A stretch of DNA of 64,000 nt from NCBI GenBank assembly GCA_013265495.1, contig MU058337.1, positions 4,816,716-4,880,715 of the forward strand. The letters are read 5' to 3'. This stretch comes from Vicugna vicugna (lineage: Eukaryota). The position numbers and the translations under genes were made by a program. The notes under the pieces were generated by a model. The model ran no database searches and had not been told where the DNA came from. It saw nothing but the letters and a program-made list of their open reading frames with translations. Below, in pieces: positions 1 to 12,824 of the stretch. The number at the start of each line of letters is the position of its first letter. The stretch's first letter is position 1.

Positions 1-939
1 TTTTGCTTATCTGCAAAGACATTATTTTTAACCTTCCCCTACAGTCTTGGTCGGGTTCCCGCCTTGTTGTTTTGCTGTTATTTTGTTACCTCCTGTCTAC
101 GCACAAGAGCTTCCAAGGGCAGGAGATAACTCTTGGGTTAGACTTCTTTTTCTCCTCCTGTGATATTTGCCTGTGATTTAGAGAGGAGCGAGGCTTATAG
201 ATTTCATTCCTGGTGTAAGCTCTTACTTAAAGTTGTGAGTTACTTGATCATATATGCTTTCCCCCTCAGGTTTGCTTAGAAAAGTTTTTATTGATTTTTT
301 CTTTTCTGTCCAGTAACATTGCAGAACCTTGGAGAACCAGTTACCAATTGGAGTTGACATTTGTATGTGGTTTGACTTAATGGCATTATTCATGAACACC
401 ATATATGAAAATAGGTCTTTATGTTGTGGTCCATAGGGGAAAATTGTCTTGTTTAAAAACCATGTTTTATTTAAATAGATATCTCATGGTTGTCTTATAG
501 TCCATGAAAACACTGGTATAATTCAATTAGTCAAAATACTGCTCTTACAGTGTAAATGGAAACCTTTTCTATGTCATAGCTCAAATACAGGGATTGGGGG
601 TTTGAGAGAACAGGGTCTCAGCAGTTTTCAGCAGGCAGTGAAATCATGTCATTTCATCTCATTCATCACTATTAGCAGTCTTTCTAAATTATTTGCATGA
701 TATGAAATAACCAAAAATCGTAGTTCTCTGGGAGGCAGAATGAATTCTGGTTCCGATTTATCAACATCTAGCTGGGTGGCCATGTATAAGTTACTTAATA
801 ATCTTACACTGCAACTCAATATTCATATTTATGAAATGAGAGAATTGAACCAGATGATTTCAAGTGGCCTTTTCGGCATGAAAATGTGATGATCCCATGA
901 CTTGAAATAAAGCCGAGCTTTACATACGTATCGCTTCTT

Positions 940-1400
940 TTGTTCAAGTTTCTGTTGGAGACCTGAAGAAACATGGGACGTCAGAGTAGGCCAACGTGTG
1001 CTCTGAGGGCATAGTTTCAAGGAGTGAAGTAGGGACAAGAGCTTTTGCTGGGAAATGGTAGGAGATATGGTGAGCATATCACCGTGGTTAATGTCAGACT
1101 GTGGAGAGCTGTGTGTGTGTGTGTGTGTGTGTGTATTCTACAAGCCACGGGGGACCCATGCAGCTTTTAGGCATGCCTATTTCATAATTCAGGCATGAAC
1201 CTAGGAGTGGTGTAGATGGGAAGCAGCGGCCTGGAGTGTCCTGTAATAGTCTGGATACAAAGTGATAAACACTGGCCCAGGAGGAGGCAGGTATTCTGCA
1301 GATGCAAGAGAGGTTTTAATGGAGTCCTAACAGATTCAGTAATAGTTAGACCATAATTAAAGAAAGACTGGGACTTAGGATTCATAAGAATAAAGGGAGA
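940..1400 (-). mobile_element. L2 LINE fragment, highly diverged
   Basis: Purine-rich antisense-L2-like text (gtaatagtctggatacaaagtgataaacactggcccagg...); interrupted by a (TG)n. Confidence 0.5.
1110..1133. repeat. (TG)12 microsatellite
   Basis: Directly visible. Confidence 0.95.
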
Positions 1401-3671
1401 AATGTGTGTGAAGAGGAATACTTCCTTCTAGAAACTTTGGAAACACTGAAGGTTACCATCTGGAAATTCCGAAGCAAACTGGAGGGACCAAGCATTGTGT
1501 TATTTATTTGGCTCCATAAACCTTTTTGTTGGGAGCTTTGTCAACGTGAAATTAAAAGAAAAACTCAGGCCTGTCGGTGTCTTTACTGATCACTGTCTTT
1601 GGTAAAATAGCACTGTTATTGATAAGGTAATTCCACAGGTTCTTCTATTTTTGAGTGCCTTATTGGTTTTCAGTTGAGAATCAGGAACCTGATGCAAATT
1701 AGATGTCAGAAAAAGTAACAGCTTTTCTAACATGTTCTCAAATCAGGTGCTACGGTAACAATGATAAAGAACTTTAGGCAAATGATAAAGCACTTATTAG
1801 ACATTGAGCCAAGCTTAATTTTTTTAAATAGAAGTCACTATTATGAATTAGTTTCCCATTTAAAATTCTGGGCATTCTACCATGATAATTTGTAATACAT
1901 TAATAATCCCCTGCTTAACATCAGGGTCTATTTTAAGCCAAATGTTATTATTAATGTATTACTTAAGTATACTCTTGTGCGCTGACATCCTTAACTAGTT
2001 ACATCTGAAATATTCTTAAATAGCCGAGGGCTACTTTCCTCTACTCCAAATCTATATTATGGAAATGACTTTTAATATGTTGAAAAGGAAATTGCCTGCA
2101 TATTGTTTTATTAGATTAGCTATCATAATGATTAAAAATGATGGAGAGTTTATTTGTCATCAAGTTACTTGTTTTAACTTGATTTGGTAAATCCCTGGTC
2201 ACATCATAGTGGTCTTTTTATTATATGTATGTATTTTTTCCCAAGCATGTGTTCTTTATTGCTCTTTCATGTATTTTTAAAATAAGTAATGTTATCTTTC
2301 TAATACTTCTGGGATACTTTTTCATAATGGTAGAAAAGCTAATTTAGGAGAAGTGTTTTGAAGGTACGTTTTAAGCTATGTTGGTTCGTATCCAGAGGCT
2401 CCCGAGCTTTGCTGTCAGTTGAAGTAAGTTATGAGTGGAGGAGCCAAGGGTGCTGGGCTCCATTTGACCTCAGTTCCCAGTGACTGAGCACAGTAGATCA
2501 TGGATGAATGATTTAAAGTTAGACACTGTAAACTTTTGCAGTGATTGTATAAATCCCCAAAGAAAGGGGTATTTCTGTGCTGGAAACTTCTGCAAGTCCA
2601 ATTTCCTTTCTTCTTCGAATGATGTCCATCTAGATCTAATAAATGATGATGAATCTGGAAACTGAGCTGAAACTGATTAAGAATTTCAGTAAGAATGGTA
2701 TTTGGAGCAAAGGACAGTGTTTAAACTTTTGAAATTGTTTTTCATGGAAACATTTTAGTTTTGAAAAGGGAGCGACAGAATATCACTCATCTGATATATA
2801 TGACAGAAACTGCCATTCAGTTTTCTCTTTATGCTCTATAGCCAATCATCTCTGTCTTTGGGTATCTCAAGTTTAAAGTACTTTATTTTCATGCCTTCAG
2901 TTTTCACCCTGACCCCGGATAAGACATAGTGATTTTTCATGAGCAAACATGTTCCAGTTTTACACCTAGCAGCATCTAGTAAGTTTTTGAGACTCTTCTC
3001 AAATACAATTTCTTCTCTAAAACCATCATTCATACAAATACTATGATTCTTTGGCATCCTGCTACTAGTCTGGGCAACTGGGTAGATTAACTGTCTTTAA
3101 TGAAACGGTTAACTCTAGAACAGATGAGTGGCTTGTAGAGGAAGAATGATTTCCATTTGGACATACATTAATTACAGCAATTATAGTTTTCTCATCTTTT
3201 TCTTTACTTGAATGAGAAAGGCTGAAAATTCTTCAAAAACATCATTTCTAGCAGGTGCTAAGGAGTGCATCACATGTGTGTGCCAGCTTCATTCACCTTC
3301 AGACGGGATATGTTAGTTCTAGTTTTAGTCGCTTCCTTTGCTTTTGGGGAAATTGTAGGCATATCATCTGCAAATTCGTGTCAGTTTATCCCCCTTTTCT
3401 ACGAATCTGTTCATTTTATCCATATCTCTTATTACGTTGCCTTGATCTTGGGATCAAAATAAAATATTAGTGATAATAGTCATTCTGATTTTGTTTATGA
3501 CTTTAATGGTATTGTGCATAATGTTTTAGCACTCCGAGTGATGTCACCAATTTATAACAGAAGTATCTGTTCCCAGTATGTTGTTTTACATGTTATGAAT
3601 AGGAATATATTGAAGTTGAGTTCTTAAGTTTGACAAATTTTGCATCTACGTTCAGAGTAAAATTGGTTTGT

Positions 3672-3900
3672 AGCAGCGTTTCCTAAACTGTGTCCTGTAG
3701 TCATTCATGTCACTGTTTTATAGCACATTAATAATATTTTGTAAATAAAGGCATTTTATAGTAAGGAGGATTTGGAAAACACTGACTTCTCCTAGAGATT
3801 CAGAGTGCACATTATTTTATTATAGATTCAGAAGTTCTTCAGTTCAGTGACAACAACAGAAATCTTTAAAGCAAAATTTCCAAATTATTCTTCTTGAGCT
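3672..3900. mobile_element. hAT-Charlie (Charlie4-like) fragment
   Basis: cagcgtttcctaaactgtg ... atttggaaaacactg inverted ends, then gagattcagagtgcacatta...agaagttcttcag resembling recalled Charlie4a. Confidence 0.55.
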
Positions 3901-4147
3901 TAATGCATATTTTAATATTTAATTTTTTTAATTGACTTTTTTGCAATTTGTGGGGATGGAGATATATCAGTAATTGATAAGTGGATTTCCTATTTTAACT
4001 CAACCTAAGTGTCTTTTTCAGGAATGTTTAAACCATTTGTATTTATTGTAAAAAGTTTACTATTATGGATTTTATGCTTTCTGTAGTTTCATTTCTCTGC
4101 TGCTTTGCATCCATTCTATTCTATGCACAGACTCTTTGTTAGCTGCT

Positions 4148-4765
4148 CTCCAGTTATCTATTGCTGCATAACAAAGCACCACAAACTCTGGAGTGAGATA
4201 ACAGTAATTGTTGATTTTCATTATGTCCCACAGTCCTCGAGGTTGACTAGTCTCAGCAAGGCTGTTCTTGCTCTGAATATTCAGGAGGCTGCAGTCAGAT
4301 CATGGCTGAGGCTAGAGGTTTCTCACATGCTTCTCCCCCCATGTGTCTGCAATTGATACTGGATGTTAGCTGGTCCACATCAGGACTTTCAGCCGGAACA
4401 CCTGCATGTGACCTCTCTACGTGGCCTGGGCTGGTTCCAAGAACAAGGGCGCGGGAGACAGACAGGCAGAACCATGCAGTACTGCTTTTGGGTTTTTTTT
4501 AGGTTGGTTGGTTGATTTGTTTGTTTGTTTATAACAAGGTCCTGGAGATTGAACCCAGGACCTCGTGCGTGCTGAGCATGCATTCTACTGCTAATCTGCC
4601 CTCTCGCGAGTCTTGCCTTTTGTGACCTAGCATTAGAAGGTATGTAGTGTCACTTCCATTTTATTCTCCTAGCTGAGGTTACCGCAAAGGCCCACCAGGT
4701 TCTAGATCAGCATGTGGAGTAGGAAATATTGTGACCATTTTGTAAAACGCAATCAAATATAATAG
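4148..4765 (-). mobile_element. MLT1 (ERVL-MaLR; F/G/H-like) LTR, interrupted by a SINE
   Basis: ccagttatctattgctgcataacaaa..., acacctgcatgtgacctct, cttttgtgacctagc...gtgtcacttcc, aaggcccaccagg are typical antisense MLT1 motifs. Confidence 0.75.
4490..4607 (-). mobile_element. Camelid Vic-1-like tRNA-derived SINE
   Basis: Reverse complement reads ...gtagaatgcatgctcagcacgcacgaggtcctgggttcaatctccagg... (B-box GGTTCAATC) followed by an (AAAC/AACC)n A-rich tail; matches the recalled camelid SINE consensus. Confidence 0.8.
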
Positions 4766-5744
4766 GCATTAGATTATTCCTGATGGTTACAAAGATCTTC
4801 AGAGACATTCAAAGCATACTAATTTTTTGTCTTCTTTTTGGAATCAGGGGTTGTTGCTGACTTTTCTTTCTCATTTCCTTTTTCTTATTAATTTAAAGTG
4901 ATAACTTTTTTTAAGGATTAGATAATCTCTATCAAAATGTTGTGAGGGGCTAATTTTGTAACACAGTTTAGAACATTGGTTAGGATTTATTTCTCTGTAT
5001 TAAGCTGGCTTCATGCTCCCTACTAGTCTTTGATAACTTGATTTCTTCATTCTTCTTTTACTGACTTGGCTTCATTTTCTATTATTCTGCCATAGATAAT
5101 CAATCATCAATTGGATTATTTAGGAGGCATTTGTAGGTGGTGCATTTTCTAAGTCCTTGCACATCCTTGAATGTTTGTAGTTTTTCACACTCCCAGACAC
5201 CAGCTTGGCTTTTGTGTAGCATTGGAGCCCCATTTTTTTCCCTTTAGAGATGCATGCCTTGCCCTCTGCTTGGTGTGGGCACTCATGGCAGAAGTCCTCT
5301 GTCCTCCAGAGTGATTGGTGCACTCTAAAGGCTACTGGTCTACAGAGGCAAAAGAGATGCCAAACTGGGTACCACTACTGTGCTGAGGACTGTCCCCATG
5401 TGTGGCTCCCGTGAGTTATGGGATGACAGTACGTTCCTTTTACCTCCCAGACATTCCTTCAGATGGAATTGCCTTCCTTGAATCCCATTCAATCTGCCCT
5501 GTGTCTAGAGAGACATTCTTTGTCAGTTCTGGCATGTAAAGTAGCATGCATCGTGAAGCTTCTGGAACAGAGAGAGCCCTCACCCCCATTCTGGGGAATC
5601 CTGTTGGTTATTCCATCAGGAATTTGATGGGATGGTGTTATATTCTTGTGGTCACAAAGTGATCTGTCTTCATAAACCTCTGTTTGCTTCTGAGTTAGGA
5701 AATAAGAAATTTCTGGTCTCCTTGGCAATTCAGTATCATAAGAA

Positions 5745-6150
5745 ATGTGACTGTTCTAGATTAACAAGCACTTAAAAGGCATGGCAACTGGAAACAATGT
5801 GTGGTCCTGCCTTGGATCTCAATTCAAACAAATCAGCAATAATAGAAATTTGGGGGCTAACTGAAAACTTGAATAGGACTGGGTAGTAGATGATGTGAGA
5901 ATTTATTAAAAAGGAGATATAGACATCCGTAACTGAAAAAAATTACAAAACCTATGTATTGTATTATCTTACTTTGAAAAAATGCATATGCATGTGTGTG
6001 TGTTTATTGAGAGCGATTCCCTAAGAGGTAGTGGTGGCAACCTCCGAATGGAGAGAAGGTGATAGTTTTATTTTCTACATTTTCTGTATGTATCACTTTC
6101 TACAATGCACACTTTTTACATAATAAGAGACCAATTTTACTTTTAAAAAG
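5745..6150 (+). mobile_element. Old L1 (L1MC4/L1ME-like) 3' UTR fragment
   Basis: ggcatggcaactggaaacaatgtgtggtcctg...gaataggactgggtagtagatgatg and a typical L1ME tail. Confidence 0.6.
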
Positions 6151-7019
6151 AGAAAATTATACACTTTCTTTATTTCATGGGCCAATGTAAAAATCCCTTG
6201 ATGAAAAGTTAAGCAGCTAATTTTCCTTTAAGAGGGAAGAAGGTTGTGCAGACAAACTTTGGGTCTGTTATCCAACTGAAAAAATGAGTTGGAGTTACTG
6301 AAAAAATCAATACAGATGTCTTCTGAGTGAGGGGACTGTGTCTGGATTTTATTATGTTATTCAGTTTTTATATATGTGTCAAGGAAGTTCTTAGGTCACC
6401 AGGAAATTGTTAATAAAATAGTCTCTTTTTTTCCTGCCCTTGACCAGATCTCTGCTGTGTTAGTAGCAACCAGATCCACCTAAGCAAGTGTGCGTGGCGG
6501 TGACTGTGGTGTCAGGGGACCACAGCTTCTCTGCAGCAATGTTTGAATATAGAGGCTCATGTCCTTTATAACAAGTGATAATAAAAGTAATACAGGCTTC
6601 ACAGATTTCATGTCCATCTGCTTTGAACATGTTCTTGACAAATGACATGCTCTGAGCTATGGCTGAGGTACAGCAATAACAACATTATATGTTTGTCAGT
6701 GGAGGAGTTTCATGGGCTTACACAAATTAACACAAAAATACGTTTGTTGATGGAAGACAGTGATTCAAAAATTCAGCACATGGAAAAACTAAGGTACTGA
6801 AAGAATTAACCCGAGATCTAAAATACTCTGTTAATTTAATTGGGACTATCCTCCTTGCAACTGATGAATTCATTCAATCATACATCCATTTATTTCCCCC
6901 CTCAATCATTCAAGAAGTATTTTTGAGTCCACACTGAATTATGCATTAAGAACTTGTTATCAACCAAGAGAAATTCATGGCCACGGAGAATTACAGTGCA
7001 TCACTCATGCTATAAATAG

Positions 7020-7280
7020 ATATTCACTCAACAAATACGTATTGCATGTCTCCTACATTTCAAATACTGTTTTGGTTACTGTGAATACAGTGTTCAAAGA
7101 TAAGATTCCTGTTCTCATATTGATTATATTCTGTCTGGATGGGTCAGACATCAAGTTAACGAATTAATAAAGAGATATCAGGTTGCCATGGGTGCTATGT
7201 GGAAAGCAAGATGGCTGATGTGAGAAGGAATCTGGGGAACACTGTTAGGTCGTTGATCCAGAGAGCTGAGCTGACTCTTA
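7020..7280 (-). mobile_element. L2 3' end
   Basis: attcactcaacaaatacgtattgcatgtctcctac...actgttttggttactgtgaatacagtg, an antisense L2 terminus. Confidence 0.7.
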
Positions 7281-7385
7281 AGAATCTCTGTACTTCCCAT
7301 AGAGAGAACATCAGTGCCAATGCTCCCAGAAGGACGCAGCTAGGGATGTGACAGAAAGGAGGGGCCAGGCACTGAGCCCCATAAA

Positions 7386-8286
7386 CAGGCCCGCCCCTTC
7401 CAACTGTGGGGCCCAGGCTGGAGTGCAGGTGGAGACTGTGTGCTGGAGATCTGAAGAGCCAGCGTTACAGATCAAACTTGCAGAGGTCAGCTGGACTCTG
7501 TTCTCTCTCTTCTGCCTTGACAAACATGCCTTCACCAAGACAAGATTCTAAAATCCGCATCAGACTCTCAGATTTGCATGACTAAATGTTAGCAAAGGAT
7601 TCAAGATGACTGAATCTCGTTATTATTGCTTATTTTAGGATGTTCTGTAAATGGATCAGTGATCTTGTATTCATAAAATAAGAAAAACATTCATAATTTA
7701 TAGAAACAACTATATCATTCCTCCTTTGATTTTATTTTTCTTGCCTTCATTTTAGCAAAATCACTAATTAAGCTTAAATAAACAGCAGTCCATAACATAT
7801 TTTATTGGCAACAATGATCTAAAGGATTAAAAAATAAAATGTGACTGTATTCTAAGTATGCAAAATTTAAATATGTCCAAAAATGTGAGTCAAGGCAAAT
7901 CCAAAAAGTTGGAAAATGTTTATATATATTTTCAAAAATAGTTGTTTTTCTAAAATAGTCAAAATTATTTATCATAATAAATGGGAAATACTAATTATAG
8001 TACATACATATCATTATTTATTTTAAATTTTTATATTTTATACAATTATAAAGTTATGTTTATTGTAGTTTGATGTATGTCTATATTACATCTTAGAAAT
8101 GTAATTCAATGCCAGTACTCAGTGCTGACATTTGTGAGGGGAGAGTTAAGGTCATGCTTCGTGTGTTTTACATCAAGACTAACTTATATATAAATTGAAG
8201 ACAAAAATGAATGTTTTAATATTACAAAATATTTCTTGGCTGCCACAATGACCATTGTGTATAATGTGATAATTTGTGAGTGCCTC
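7386..8286 (-). mobile_element. Zaphod-like hAT-Tip100 DNA transposon, internally deleted, both termini present
   Basis: Left end reverse-complements to ...ctgggccccacagttggaaggggcgggcctg (recalled Zaphod 3' terminus); minus strand 7733-7768 translates ISDFAKMKARKI (hAT transposase C-terminus); 8090-8286 resembles the recalled Zaphod 5' portion. Confidence 0.75.
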
Positions 8287-8630
8287 TGGGACCACAAATA
8301 AGAACATGAAGAGAAATAGGAAAATGGACACTTGGCGCTTCCGGGAAATAATGTTTTGTTACATAGTATCTCCTGCATTTACATTCTCTTAGAGGAAGGA
8401 TTTGGCAGGACAATTACTGTGTCTTCTTATAGCTAAAGCACTCACATCCTCTCTGGTTCCCAAAGAAATGACAGTGTCTGATGCTGGTGGCACAACCTGC
8501 CGGCCTTTGTATTGCTTAGACAAAAAGTAGCCTTTGTTTTGGGAACAAAGGAAAAGAGATGTTGAGAAGTATTTCTTTGGGCCTGAGTGTTGATGGTCAC
8601 AAGAGTGGATGCTCAGGGTTCCAGACTGTG

Positions 8631-8840
8631 CTGGGGGCTGGCAGATTTTTCTGTCAAGGGCCAAATATTTTTGGCTTTCCAAGCCGTCCAGTTTGTAACA
8701 GGTACCCAGCACTGTGGTTGCATGCCGAAGCAGCTGTAGACAACATGTAAATGAACAGATGTGGCTGTGCTCCAGTAAAACTTCATTTACAAACACAGGC
8801 AGGCCGGATCGGGCCGTTGAACTGTGGTTTGCTGCCCCTG
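8631..8840 (+). mobile_element. MER58A (hAT-Charlie MITE)
   Basis: ggggctggcagatttttctgtcaagggcc...gtggctgtgctccagtaaaacttcatttacaaa...gtttgctgcccctg follows the MER58A consensus end to end. Confidence 0.9.
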
Positions 8841-8989
8841 GTGAAGTGTCATGCCATCACTGGACTCCAGATCCAAGTGACAGAGGTGCCATGTGTTCAT
8901 TAATAAATGAATCACGGGTATGTTTTTGATGAGCTGAATGGTGGGGCCCAGGGCAGCAGCCCCACTGCCTACTTCTAAGGCAGACTCTC

Positions 8990-10030
8990 CAGTAAGACAG
9001 GGTGAGGAGTGTAGATTTTATTCTAGGTCGGGTGAAGATTCATTGCACGCAGTCAACAGGGATATGTTATCATCTTAGTTATGTTTCAGAACGATCCCAC
9101 TGACTGCTGTTTGGAGAATGAATGACGTACTGTGAAAACACAGAGAGAAGAAAAGATAGAGATTAGTCCTTCCAGGGGAAAGCAATACATATTTTACAGA
9201 GCAGATGCTATTTGATCTGGGTCACAAAGGATAAGTTGGATTTGGCCAGACATTGAAGCAGGGAGCATGTCAGGCACAGGGCAAAGTGTGTGCAAAAGCA
9301 GAGAATCAAAAACGACTCAGCATATATTGAAGATGATGAAAAAAATCCAAGTGACTAGAAAAGCATGTTCATGAGGCAGGAGATGGGACTGAGAAACTAG
9401 GTTGAATCCTTGTCTGCTGCAAATGGGATACTGAGCTGTGAGAAACAGATATGAAACTGGCGAAGTCGTAAGTGAGTAAGGTCAGATTTTATTTTTAGGT
9501 AGAAAACTGGGACTATTGTGTGGACTAGAGTGGGAGACACTGTTACCTGCTTGTACAGTAGTCCAAGTAGGAGGTGAAGAGAACTGAAAATGAAGGTTAG
9601 ATTGCGGGAACAGGGAGGGAAGCTAGTTGCAGAAGATACTTTGGAAGTAGCTCTGATGAGACTCAGTGATTGGCTTTATATTGGGGATAAGTTACAAGGA
9701 GGGATGACTCTGATAATGACCTGGGAAATCTAGGAGAGACACCTTGCTCTGCAGGGTGAGAAGGAATAGGAAAGGAGGGGACAAACAGTGACTTATGGTT
9801 TCGACACAGAAGTTGAACCCGAGATGGGCATTCAGGTGCAAAGTCTAGCAGGCTGCTGAAGATAAGGGATGTAGCCATATTTGGGAATCAGCAGAGAGTG
9901 ATAGCAGCTGATGTCATCAAAGAGGCAGAGAAAACCCAAAGGAAGTCTGAAGACCGAGAAGAGGACAAAGGATGGCTCTCTGACTGACCCTGACCAATGA
10001 GGGATGGTCTGAGAGCAAGGAATTAAAGAA
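8990..10030 (-). mobile_element. L2 fragments
   Basis: Several antisense L2 motifs (gtagtccaagtaggaggtga, gatgactctgataatgacctggg, atatttgggaatcagcag). Confidence 0.65.
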
Positions 10031-10589
10031 GTGGACACTTTCTAATTGTATGAGTAATTCTACAGCTCAGATGTTTCATCCATTATTTTACGGGAGTAGA
10101 TGGCCAAGCGGAGGCGTATGAACCTCTCCCTTACAACACAAAATGGCTTGTGTCAAGTCAAGCATAATTTAAATGTATAGTCTATAAATGATGTGCATTC
10201 TAAAAGGGATGTTGATCCTCCAGGAAAGAAAATCTCTAAATACACTGATTTTTAAATTTATTTTTGTAAGGAAATTATTAGTAAGATGTATTCTACCAAA
10301 AAGTTATAGTCAAACGTTTCAGCCTTTTTATATCATGGTTAACTCTGATTTCTCAAAATGTCATCTTACTCTTGAAGCTTCATTTCTAAAAGGAACTCAG
10401 TATTCTCTTGCATAAGTGACAACAGATTGGTTTTTTCCTTCTATAAATTTAGTCCATTCTGTCTTGCCCTGTTCCCAAGGATGCCGTAAAAACCATGAGT
10501 AAGTGTCCATCACCGTGGAGGCATTTGTATCAGCCTTTAGGTAGCTGTTGCCCACATGCCTGCTGTCTAAAGGAATTCGAGCAGTGACA

Positions 10590-10720
10590 CCTGCACTCAT
10601 TCATGTAAACCTTGTTGAGTGAGTTCTATGTGCCATTTCTGTGTTAAATGCTGTGGACAGGGAGGGTGAGCCTCTATTCTCGTGGGACTTGCAATCTAGG
10701 AAAAACAAAGGAGATGAAAT
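10590..10720 (-). mobile_element. L2 3' end fragment
   Basis: cactcattcatgtaaaccttgttgagtgagttctatgtgcca...gggacttgcaatctag. Confidence 0.6.
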
Positions 10721-10984
10721 AGAAAGAAAATAGAACTGAAATTCTGTTTACTTTTGTATGTAGTGATAGAATCACTGAGCAAAGTCGTGGTAGGGGAGAG
10801 TCCGTAAAGTGGGGTAACTAGGAGCTGGATTCCCATGATAATTTTTAAGTGGACCCTTTTGGTCTCTTTCCCTGTAATACACTCTGACTTTCACCTATGA
10901 GGAAAGTTGGGAGAAAGAGTATAAACTTTTATATCAGCTATACCAATCTGTTTCCAAAGCCCAATTCTGCAAGTTACAGGGTCT

Positions 10985-11145
10985 AGGCCAATTGTATGTG
11001 TTGCTTGACTTCTCTCAAGTTTTTCCTCTGGGGAAGGAATATAATTTATATCTACTCCTGGGCTTGTGTGAAGATGAAATGATACAACTTTTATAAAGCA
11101 CTGAGCAAGTATCTGACACTTAGAAAGTGCTCAATGTTGGCTCAT
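10985..11145 (+). mobile_element. MIR SINE
   Basis: cttctctcaagtttttcctctg...tgtgaagatgaaatgata...aaagcactgagcaagtatctgacacttagaaagtgctcaa. Confidence 0.7.
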
Positions 11146-12626
11146 GGTGGGAGAGAAGGGAGGGTGGGGAAGCTTACACTAAGGGCTGGGGGTTCTTTAT
11201 GGGTCTTGGTTAGACTTAGTTCAACCTAATACATTTATTGTGTTTTGAATTGATGACCTTAATTTCTCAGTTCATTTGCCTAAGGGTGGCAGGTAGTTTC
11301 TTCTTGCGTGCTGAGGGGGATTGTCTGGCGGGATCTGGACAGCACCCCAGCAATATCTGGAGGAAAACTGATTGTTTATATTAAATGGGATAATTTAGAG
11401 CTATAAAGAGAAACCCTCATCTGTTCAGGTCCATTTCTGCCACCAAATGTGTTAAAAAAATAAACTTGGTTTTCAGACATTTTAGGATTTGGTGGTAGAT
11501 ACGGGATTGTGAACCTTTTGGAAAGATATTGGATGGTCCTGGCAAGTATTTCTGGCATTTATGTATGTATGTAGCACATTAACTTTCTGTAAATGAGTGT
11601 TTTGAAAACTATTTTTGTTTGCTTAGTTTTCTGTTGCATAAAACAAACAGAGGTTAAGATTTATAATATGAGACTGGAGCTTTTTCCATCGAAATAGTTT
11701 AATAGAAAGTAAAAAAGGAAGCATCAGAATGCTAGAATTTCTTTAAAGTGTTGTCAATCAAAATAAGAGTTGCTTGAAAATGCTTAATCTCACAGGTTGC
11801 GGGATGATCTGTCATCATCTGAAATATCACTGCAGAGACTACAATATATGGCTTCGTTTGCTACTAACTAAATTTGGGTTTTAAATAATCATTCACTTTC
11901 AAGGGAACCAGATATCTATTGATAAAAAATTTGAACAAGGATTTGATTAGAAAATTTTCAAATTACTCTGTAATGAACCTTTAAGAGGAGCATTCAGTAC
12001 AATACACTTTGGAAAAGATGTCATAATGGCATATTGGTTACAAATTAATTCATTTTCATTTAATTCCCCAGTGTGTACTGCATTGACTCAAAATAAAGAA
12101 TAGATGGATTTATCAACTGCTTTGACTCCCCAATCCCCATGATGAGCCAGAGCATTAATTTATTTCTAAGTCGGTATGGTTAGTTGTGTTGATGGCCATC
12201 AACTATTGAATGTCTACCCTGTGCCAGGTGTATGTGCACCTTGTGCAAGTTGTGCCGTGATCTGTCAATGTCAGTGGTTGTGGTGATGGAGGATATGAAG
12301 ACCACGACATGTGGTTCCAAAACTACATGGTTTTGTTTCTTTGCTTATGAGAACTTCCCTCAACTCCCAAGGTGGTTTGACATATACAATCTAGAAAGCC
12401 TTTAGTTTTATGAATGTATTTATCTATTGACTTAAACTGGCTCCTGAAGCAGAAGGAAGAATAGGTATATGTTAGACATTTTCCTCATAACATGTTTAAA
12501 TCATCCACACTTAGCCTTGAAAGGAAATAAACTCCCTTCGACTTTGCCTTGATATTTCCATATGTTTTTACAGATTTTCAAACTGGAACACCAAGTCCCA
12601 GGAGAATGTTGCTGAGATAACCTCAG

Positions 12627-12824
12627 TGTATTAGTTTGCTAGAAGGGCTGTTGTAACCACGTACCGCCAACTAAGGGGCTTAAACAACTGAAATCCATTG
12701 TCTCCCAGTTCTGGAGGCTGGAAGTTCAAGATCACTGTGTCAGCTGGGTTGATTCCTCCTGAGCCTGTGAGGGAGAATATGCTCTCTGCCTGTCACCCAG
12801 TTTCCAGTGGCTTTCTGTCAATCT
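12627..12824 (-). mobile_element. MLT1 (C/D-like) LTR fragment
   Basis: tgtattagtttgctag...ggcttaaacaactgaaatccattgtctcccagttctggaggctggaagttcaagatca. Confidence 0.85.

Noticed and set aside
2657..2677. ISRE-like GGAAACTGAGCTGAAACTGA
   Set aside because: Spacing between the GAAA cores does not fit an ISRE, and there is no supporting context
7375..7420. TATA-like cataaa plus GC box as a promoter
   Set aside because: The GC box is the Zaphod terminus
8070..8250. Plus-strand SMPVLSADICE resembling the hAT dimerisation motif
   Set aside because: The same bases are better explained as the non-coding 5' part of the minus-strand Zaphod
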